Below are positions 17,683 through 24,000 of a DNA stretch of 24,000 nucleotides, piece after piece. Numbering within the stretch: the stretch's first letter is position 1; each line of letters opens with the position of its first letter. The stretch covers positions 708,366-732,365 of the forward strand of contig NC_022549.1 of assembly GCF_000967915.1 (NCBI RefSeq). Direction: 5' to 3'. This DNA is from Acholeplasma brassicae. GTDB taxonomy: Bacteria; Bacillota_I; Bacilli_A; Acholeplasmatales; UBA5453. The position numbers and the translations under genes are program-made. The notes under the pieces are model-generated. The model searched no databases. It saw only the letters and a program-made list of their open reading frames with translations, and was not told the DNA's origin.

Positions 17683-19605
17683 ATGAAATTATTTTTACCA
17701 GATGGAAAATTTTTAGAAGTCGCAAACAATAGCACAGCATTTGATGTGGCTAAAGGCATTTCAATGAGTCTAGCAAAAAAAGCCGTTGCTGCAATTTACG
17801 AAGGCCAAGTCATCGAATTGAACAAACCAATTAAGGCAGATGGCCACTTTAAAATCATAACTAAAGAAGACCCTGAAGCATTTGCTGTACTGAATCATTC
17901 AAGTGCGCATTTACTTGCACAAGCCATCAAATCGATCTACCCTAACGCTTGTTTTGGTGTAGGCCCTGCGATTGACGAAGGGTTTTACTATGACGTTGAC
18001 CTTGGAGATATTAAGTTTACAGACGAACTCTTACCAGCCATTGAAAAGAAAATGGTCGAACTTTCTAAACAAGGTTTTGATATTGTGGGCAAAGAAGTCA
18101 GTTACGAAGAAGCCAAACAAATTTTTAGCAATGACGTTTATAAATTAGAATTAATCGAAGGCTTAAAAGACGATGTTATTACGGTGTATCAACAAGGTGA
18201 CTTCATTGATTTATGCCGTGGTGGTCACGTGGCTAACACAAAAGAAATCAAACACTTCAAGTTATTGAATATTGCGGGTGCGTATTGGAGAGGTAATTCT
18301 TCGAACAAGCAATTAACGCGTGTTTATGGTGTCTCATTCTATTCTAAAGAAGATCTTGATAAGCACTTAGTGATGCTTGAAGAAAGAAAAGCAAGAGACC
18401 ACCGTAAGATTGGTAAAGAAATGGGCATCTTCATGATTACTAATGAAGCTGGTGCCGGTCTACCATTTTGGTTAAAGAATGGGGCAACCATCCGCCGAAT
18501 CATTGAAAGATACATTACCGATAAAGAAATTAGTCTGGGTTATGAACACGTCTATACCCCAATTTTGGCAAATGCTGATTTATATAAGACAAGTGGACAC
18601 TGGGATCACTACCAAGATTCAATGTTCCCACCAATGGATATGGGTGATGGTGAGAAATTGGTATTAAGACCAATGAACTGCCCACACCACATGCTTATTT
18701 TTAAGGACACACTTCACTCATACAAAGAATTACCAATTCGTATTGCTGAACTTGGTATGATGCACCGCTATGAAAAGTCAGGTGCACTCTCGGGTTTACA
18801 ACGCGTACGTGAAATGACACTAAATGATGCGCATATTTTTGTTAGACCGGATCAAATCAAAGAAGAATTCACAAGAACACTGAACCTACTTCTTGAAGTA
18901 TACAAGGATTTTAAAATTACAGATTACAAATTTAGACTTAGTTACCGCGACCCAGAAAACACAGAAAAATACTTTAAAGACGATCAAATGTGGGAAGAAG
19001 CTCAAAAAATGCTTAAAGAAGCAATGGATGAGTTGAATCTGAACTATTTTGAAGCCATTGGTGAAGCGGCCTTTTATGGTCCTAAATTGGATGTTCAAGT
19101 AAAAACAGCGCTTGGAAATGATGAAACACTATCAACCATTCAATTAGACTTCTTACTCCCTAGACGCTTTGAATTAACCTACGTTGGAGAAGATGGGAAA
19201 AACGATAACACGCCAGTGGTTATTCACCGTGGTATTGTTTCAACTATGGAGCGCTTTGTTGCCTACTTAATCGAAGAGTATAAAGGCGCATTTCCATTGT
19301 GGTTGGCACCTGTGCAATTAAAAGTAATTCCGGTCAATTTAAATTTCCACGAAGACTTTGCGGTTGAATTATCGGAGATGTTTAAAAAACGAGGCATTCG
19401 TGTGGAACTTGATTTAAGAAATGAAAAACTTGGCTATAAGATTAGAGAAGCTCAAACCAAGAAAATCCCATACCAATTGGTTATCGGGGATAAAGAGGTT
19501 GATAATCGTTCGGTCACTTATCGACGTTACGGTAAGATTGATCAAACGAGTGTAGCACTTGATGAATTTATCGAACTGATCGAAAACGAAATCAATCAAA
19601 AATAA
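17683..19605 (+). CDS. thrS: Threonyl-tRNA synthetase
   Basis: TGS domain, [18 protein letters not shown], class II motifs; preceded by T-box. Confidence 0.97.
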   Translation: MKLFLPDGKFLEVANNSTAFDVAKGISMSLAKKAVAAIYEGQVIELNKPIKADGHFKIITKEDPEAFAVLNHSSAHLLAQAIKSIYPNACFGVGPAIDEGFYYDVDLGDIKFTDELLPAIEKKMVELSKQGFDIVGKEVSYEEAKQIFSNDVYKLELIEGLKDDVITVYQQGDFIDLCRGGHVANTKEIKHFKLLNIAGAYWRGNSSNKQLTRVYGVSFYSKEDLDKHLVMLEERKARDHRKIGKEMGIFMITNEAGAGLPFWLKNGATIRRIIERYITDKEISLGYEHVYTPILANADLYKTSGHWDHYQDSMFPPMDMGDGEKLVLRPMNCPHHMLIFKDTLHSYKELPIRIAELGMMHRYEKSGALSGLQRVREMTLNDAHIFVRPDQIKEEFTRTLNLLLEVYKDFKITDYKFRLSYRDPENTEKYFKDDQMWEEAQKMLKEAMDELNLNYFEAIGEAAFYGPKLDVQVKTALGNDETLSTIQLDFLLPRRFELTYVGEDGKNDNTPVVIHRGIVSTMERFVAYLIEEYKGAFPLWLAPVQLKVIPVNLNFHEDFAVELSEMFKKRGIRVELDLRNEKLGYKIREAQTKKIPYQLVIGDKEVDNRSVTYRRYGKIDQTSVALDEFIELIENEINQK

Positions 19606-19611
19606 CCTAGA

Positions 19612-19637
19612 AAGAAGCGTTTAAACGCTTCTTTTTT
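19612..19637 (+). terminator. Intrinsic terminator after thrS
   Basis: AAGAAGCG-TTTAAA-CGCTTCTT + T run. Confidence 0.9.
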
Positions 19638-19705
19638 ATTTCATAAGCAAAAGCATGTATTTCATAGAATTTTTATGAATTTTTTAAAATATTGATAAAA
19701 AAAGA

Positions 19706-19733
19706 TTGTATTTTTATTTTAATATGGTAATAT
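19706..19733 (+). promoter_or_regulatory. Putative promoter for the ABC exporter operon
   Basis: TTGTAT 19706-19711, 16-bp spacer, TAATAT 19728-19733. Confidence 0.5.
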
Positions 19734-19752
19734 AGTTACTGAGGTGATTATT

Positions 19753-20655
19753 ATGTTAGAAGTAATTAATGTAAAGAAAAACTACGGAGAACTTACCGCA
19801 GTTAAAAAACTTTCATTTGAAATAAGACCTGGCGAAGTATTTGGATTGTTAGGAACTAATGGTGCTGGTAAAACAACAACATTCAAAATGATTCTAGGCT
19901 TATTAGAACCAACCGAAGGGGAAATCCTTTTTAACGGTAAGAAAGTCAGCTACGATGACGTGGATCAAATTGGTTACATGATTGAAGAACGTTCACTCTT
20001 AGTTAAGTTGACCGTTAAGCAATTGATGCTACACTATGGACAACTCAAAGGTTTGGATAAAGACACGATCTTAAAACGTCTAGACTACTGGTTGGACCGT
20101 TTTAACGTCAAAAACTACTTGGACAAAAAAATAAGTGAGTTGTCAAAAGGTAATCAGCAAAAAATACAATTTATTTCATCGATCATTAACAACCCAAAAT
20201 TGTTGGTGCTTGATGAGCCGTTTAGTGGACTTGACCCGCTAAATACGAATAAATTTGTTGAGGTCATCAGAGATTTTCAAAAGAAAGGAACGATGATTAT
20301 ATTTTCTACTCATCAAATCGACCACGTGGAATCATTTTGTGAGCAGTTAATCGTTTTAGAAAAAGGAAATGCCGTGTTAAGTGGTAAGATTTCAGACATT
20401 AAAAAAGATTTTAAACGTCACAACATTAAAATGATTGGTGATTTTGACAAAGATACCTTGCTTACCCTTCCAGGTGTTCTTGACGTCATTATTCAACCGA
20501 ATGAGTGGATTGTTAAAATTGAGGATGAAGTGTATTCTAACGACATATTTGATTACGTCAAAACATGTAGTAACGTAAGAAAATTTGATGTCGAACAAGC
20601 GACACTTTCTGAAATATTTATTGAAAAAGTAGGTGAATCATTTGAACAAGTTTAA
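19753..20655 (+). CDS. ABC transporter ATP-binding protein, NatA/YhaQ-like (start refined from 19744)
   Basis: GLLGTNGAGKTTTFKMILGL, LSKGNQQKIQFISSI, LLVLDEPFSGLDPLN; GAGGTG RBS before ATG 19753. Confidence 0.92.
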   Translation: MLEVINVKKNYGELTAVKKLSFEIRPGEVFGLLGTNGAGKTTTFKMILGLLEPTEGEILFNGKKVSYDDVDQIGYMIEERSLLVKLTVKQLMLHYGQLKGLDKDTILKRLDYWLDRFNVKNYLDKKISELSKGNQQKIQFISSIINNPKLLVLDEPFSGLDPLNTNKFVEVIRDFQKKGTMIIFSTHQIDHVESFCEQLIVLEKGNAVLSGKISDIKKDFKRHNIKMIGDFDKDTLLTLPGVLDVIIQPNEWIVKIEDEVYSNDIFDYVKTCSNVRKFDVEQATLSEIFIEKVGESFEQV

Positions 20656-21967
20656 GTATCTCGTCAAATATGGCATCAAAAAACGACTTGGCACGAAAGC
20701 ATTTATTATTTCTAATGCGATTTTGTTTGTGTTGATGCTCGTTGTATTTAATATCCCAAACATTATAAAAGCGTTTGATGATGGCAAACCCAATGGGGAG
20801 TTAATCTTTGTAGTCAATCAGCTTGAGAATCGTTTTACAGACAATGAGTTAATTGATAGTTTAGATAATGTATCAAGCAACTACGAAGCTTTAATGATGG
20901 ATGCTGACGTTCGATTTGAAAATTTAGTCGAATTCGATGCCGAAAATATTAACTATTTTAATTCAGCAGGGATTTTAGTATTATCTTTAAATGGGGATCA
21001 TTTACAAGCGACGTTCTATGAAAAAGAACTCGATGTACTAAACAAACAAGTATTAGAATTGACGTTAACAGAAATTCGTACGACGATTTGGGCAGAAGGT
21101 AAAACACCAGAAGAGTTAGAATTGATTAATGAATTCTTGAAACCACTTGATTTTACCGTCATCACAGAATCAGAAGATACGTCTTTAAGAGATATGATAT
21201 TAGGTATTCTTGGTATGTTAGTTTCGATTCCTGTATTCATGTTGTTAGTTATGTCTGTACAATTCGTAGGTACTGACATTATTGAGGAAAAATCGACAAA
21301 AGCCATTGAGTTTGTTATGTCAACTGTGCCACCAAGAACACACTTTCTATCAAAAATTATTGCGTCATTCGCATTCTTAATTACACAAGCGCTCTTAGTC
21401 TTGATTTACACATTGTTGGCTGGATTCATTAGCACGACGCTCTTAGGTGCACAATCTGGTGGGTCTATGAATCTTTCAGAATTGATTGGTCAGTTCACGC
21501 AAACGGATTCTAAAATCATTTCAGAGGTTTTAAGTGTATTACCACAGGCGGTTGTTGTTATGTTGTTATTTACCATCGTTGGTGGGTTGATGTACATGAT
21601 CGTTATGGCGGTTTTAGCCTCCATGTCAACGACAATGGAAGATTTCCAACAATTCCAATCACCAATGATGATTGTCATGTTAATTGGTTTCTATGGAGCG
21701 ATTTTCAGTTTTACAACAGGACCAAATGTATTCTTAAAAATACTAGGCTACATTCCTTTATTCGCACCAACACTTGTACCAACACTATTCATGAGTGGCG
21801 CAATGTCATTGCTAGATACGATTATTTCACTAGTCATATTAATCGGATTTACGGTACTGGTTTATTATCTATTAACGCCAGTCTATAAGGCATCGATCTT
21901 AAGTTATGATAACTCACCGTTTATGAAACGCATTAAAAAATTATTTAAACGTTCGAAACACTTATAA
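20633..21967 (+). CDS. ABC transporter permease, NatB/YhaP-like
   Basis: Six-TM type-2 exporter pattern with extracytoplasmic domain; EEKSTKAIEFVMSTVPPRTHFLSKII; overlaps ATPase gene. Confidence 0.87.
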   Translation: MNHLNKFKYLVKYGIKKRLGTKAFIISNAILFVLMLVVFNIPNIIKAFDDGKPNGELIFVVNQLENRFTDNELIDSLDNVSSNYEALMMDADVRFENLVEFDAENINYFNSAGILVLSLNGDHLQATFYEKELDVLNKQVLELTLTEIRTTIWAEGKTPEELELINEFLKPLDFTVITESEDTSLRDMILGILGMLVSIPVFMLLVMSVQFVGTDIIEEKSTKAIEFVMSTVPPRTHFLSKIIASFAFLITQALLVLIYTLLAGFISTTLLGAQSGGSMNLSELIGQFTQTDSKIISEVLSVLPQAVVVMLLFTIVGGLMYMIVMAVLASMSTTMEDFQQFQSPMMIVMLIGFYGAIFSFTTGPNVFLKILGYIPLFAPTLVPTLFMSGAMSLLDTIISLVILIGFTVLVYYLLTPVYKASILSYDNSPFMKRIKKLFKRSKHL

Positions 21968-21974
21968 TGAAAAG

Positions 21975-22001
21975 CCTCAATCTTTGATTGAGGTTTTTTT
22001 T
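21975..22001 (+). terminator. Intrinsic terminator after ABC permease
   Basis: CCTCAAT-CTTTG-ATTGAGG + T8. Confidence 0.9.
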
Positions 22002-22058
22002 GCATATTTTAAGGGAAATTGTCCTTGTCATGTTATAATTATTATTGAGGTGTTATTA

Positions 22059-23057
22059 ATGGCGACATATGATGAATTAAGAAGTCGAATTGAGACTTTA
22101 GTAGATCCTGGCTTTAAAAAAACATTAAAAGAAGTTGACGGGATCAAAAAATTAACCGTTGGACCAACCGGCGTAGTTGAAGTAGAGCTATATTTTTCTA
22201 AACCTGGTGGACCAGAAGAACAAAAATTTAAAATTGATTTGATTAAACTGGTTAAAATCGAACTTGGTTTTCCAGGGATTAAGGTCATTTTTTCAAAAAG
22301 TGAATACGTCGATCAAGACGTTAAGCAAATCAAGTACCTAGGGATTGCCTCAGGTAAAGGTGGGGTTGGTAAATCGACCGTTACAGCGAATCTTGCGGTC
22401 GCTTTGACCCGTCTAGGGAAAAAAGTAGGGATTATTGATGCCGATATTTATGGGGCAAGTATTCCTCAAATTCTAAAGGTGGACATTAAACCACTTGGTG
22501 GAACAGAAGATGATTTAATGATTCCATTGATTGGTGAAGGCATTGAAGTTATATCAACTGAATTCTTTATGCCAAGAGATAAACCAATTATGTGGCGTGG
22601 ACCTATGTTAGGGAAAATGTTATCACACTATTTTGGTGGGGTTAAATGGGCAGATGATACAGACTATGTCTTAATTGACTTGCCACCTGGAACAGGGGAT
22701 GTTGCATTAGATATCAACAAGTTTGCACAACACACGAAAATGCTAATTGTAACAACACCGCATCCAAACGCCGCACACGTCGCGGTAAAGGCTGGACTGG
22801 GTGCCCAACAAATCGGTCACGATGTGGTTGGTGTGGTCGAAAACATGAGCTATTTCTTAAATAGCTGCAGCAATAAACGAGAGTATATATTTGGATCAGG
22901 TGGCGGAAATAGTGTTGCAAATACATTAGGTGTTCAATTATTGTCACAAATTCCAATTGGTCAACCAACAGAAGGTAAATACGTGTATCAAAAAAACGAA
23001 CCCGCTGGTATCATTTACGATAACTTAGCTTCACAAGTCATCGATTTACTCGATTAA
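22059..23057 (+). CDS. Mrp/NBP35-family P-loop ATPase, SalA-like (start corrected from 21984)
   Basis: GKGGVGKSTVTANLAVAL, DADIYGASIP, DLPPGTGDV; MATYDELRSR start with GAGGTG RBS; listed upstream start lies in the preceding terminator. Confidence 0.92.
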   Translation: MATYDELRSRIETLVDPGFKKTLKEVDGIKKLTVGPTGVVEVELYFSKPGGPEEQKFKIDLIKLVKIELGFPGIKVIFSKSEYVDQDVKQIKYLGIASGKGGVGKSTVTANLAVALTRLGKKVGIIDADIYGASIPQILKVDIKPLGGTEDDLMIPLIGEGIEVISTEFFMPRDKPIMWRGPMLGKMLSHYFGGVKWADDTDYVLIDLPPGTGDVALDINKFAQHTKMLIVTTPHPNAAHVAVKAGLGAQQIGHDVVGVVENMSYFLNSCSNKREYIFGSGGGNSVANTLGVQLLSQIPIGQPTEGKYVYQKNEPAGIIYDNLASQVIDLLD

Positions 23058-23064
23058 TCTTCTT

Positions 23065-23093
23065 TTTACAAGATATTTACAAAGTCTTTACAA
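23065..23093 (+). promoter_or_regulatory. Three TTTACAA direct repeats at 11-bp period, candidate PhoB/PhoP-type box
   Basis: TTTACAA at 23065, 23076 and 23087; upstream of a PhoB-family response regulator gene. Confidence 0.55.
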
Positions 23094-23122
23094 GACGCCC
23101 TTTATAGGTGTCTTGTTTTTTT
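23090..23122 (+). terminator. Intrinsic terminator after mrp/salA-like gene
   Basis: ACAAGACGCC-CTTTATA-GGTGTCTTGT (one G-T pair) + T run. Confidence 0.85.
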
Positions 23123-23199
23123 GTATAATGAGTATAGATGCGAATCGGCTATGTTATTCTATTAGTGTCTATTAAAGGTTCGTAAAGAGGGGGTAAAAA

Positions 23200-23865
23200 A
23201 TGATCTATTTCATTGAAGACGACAAATCTATCGCTTACGTCATTAAAAAAACACTCGAAAATGCCTCATATCAATATCAGTGGTTTAGTGAGTCAAAAGC
23301 ATTTTATGAAGCACTTGAAAATCAAAAGCCTAACCTCATTTTGCTGGATTTAATGCTAGGCGAAGAAAATGGGCTTGATCTTTTAATGGATTTAAAGAAA
23401 AACCCACGTAACTCGGATATTCCTATCATTATTATATCCGCTTTATCGAGTGAAATGGATGTGGTTACCGGACTTGATTTAGGTGCCGATGATTATATCA
23501 AAAAACCATTTGGTGTGCTCGAATTACTCTCTAGAATAAATAATAAGCTCAGACATTTAAAAGAGAATGAACTTAAATATCATGATTTGGTATTAAAGCT
23601 GGATAAACGTATGGCTTTATTAAATGAACAAACGCTAAATTTAACCTATAAAGAATTTGAGATTGTTAAAATACTTGTTGAAAAACGAGACCAAGCCGTT
23701 TCAAGACAAGTTTTGTTAAACCAAGTATGGGGACTAGATTTGGCCTTAGAAACTAGAACGATTGACATGCACATAAAGTCGATTAGACAAAAAATGAGTG
23801 ATATCGGATCAAAAACTCAAATCATTAGTGTACGTTCGATTGGCTACCGGTTGACGCACGAATGA
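23200..23865 (+). CDS. OmpR/PhoB-family DNA-binding response regulator
   Basis: FIEDDKSI, LILLDLMLGEENGLDLL, DYIKKPFGVLELLSRI; winged HTH with RTIDMHIKSIRQKM and IRSVGYR-like ISVRSIGYRL; AGAGGGGG RBS. Confidence 0.94.
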   Translation: MIYFIEDDKSIAYVIKKTLENASYQYQWFSESKAFYEALENQKPNLILLDLMLGEENGLDLLMDLKKNPRNSDIPIIIISALSSEMDVVTGLDLGADDYIKKPFGVLELLSRINNKLRHLKENELKYHDLVLKLDKRMALLNEQTLNLTYKEFEIVKILVEKRDQAVSRQVLLNQVWGLDLALETRTIDMHIKSIRQKMSDIGSKTQIISVRSIGYRLTHE

Positions 23866-24000
23866 AAAAACAATTAAATTTAACATTTTTCATGGTGCTT
23901 TTATTTTCACTAAGCTTGGTATTTGGACTGAGTGTTTCTTTTAATCAGTACCAGGAAAAAAAACGAATTCGCTCCGCTATTGTTGAAATGAGTAAAGAAG
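23862..24000 (+). CDS. Probable sensor histidine kinase, N-terminus only (3' partial)
   Basis: ATGA overlap with response regulator; MKKQLNLTFFMVLLLFSLSLVFGLSVSFNQYQEKKRI... membrane helix start. Confidence 0.75.
   Translation, partial: MKKQLNLTFFMVLLFSLSLVFGLSVSFNQYQEKKRIRSAIVEMSKE

Noticed and set aside
18479-18667. Out-of-frame + ORFs inside thrS (18479..18667) and topA (6774..6956)
   Set aside because: No RBS, embedded in strongly conserved enzyme frames.
21984-22058. N-terminal extension of the Mrp/SalA-like ORF
   Set aside because: Covers terminator T-run and promoter-like TATAAT; MATYDEL start at 22059 has GAGGTG upstream.
1-24000. CRISPR arrays, transposons, phage, toxin-antitoxin or defence islands
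   Set aside because: No spaced long repeats, transposase/integrase motifs or atypical gene clusters seen; genes are housekeeping with conserved neighbours.

Overview
This 24 kb window is mostly a dense, single-strand (+) set of core housekeeping genes from a low-GC bacterium. Gene content (ylxM, dnaB/dnaI loader, T-box thrS) suggests a Firmicutes/Mollicutes relative. TGA is used as a stop in several ATGA gene overlaps, so the Mycoplasma code 4 does not apply; an Acholeplasma-like lineage is my inference. Gene order: ftsK/spoIIIE-type translocase (partial), lepB, rbgA, rnhB, GDPD phosphodiesterase, topA, [intergenic candidate sRNA], tpx, ftsY, ylxM, ffh, polA, mutM, coaE, small conserved-looking ORF, dnaB-like, dnaI, T-box leader + thrS, ABC exporter ATPase + permease, mrp/salA-like, PhoB/OmpR-family response regulator, start of a probable histidine kinase. 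No CRISPR, transposon, phage module or obvious defence system is visible. The most interesting signals are noncoding: (1) an isolated promoter-to-terminator unit at ~7309-7452 that looks like a C-rich, anti-Shine-Dalgarno-type sRNA; (2) three TTTACAA repeats at exactly 11-bp period upstream of the response regulator, resembling PhoB/PhoP boxes, with a related tandem repeat at the sRNA promoter; (3) a tpx leader in which a hairpin could bridge a distant GGAGG to the start codon. All are inferences from reading the sequence by eye.
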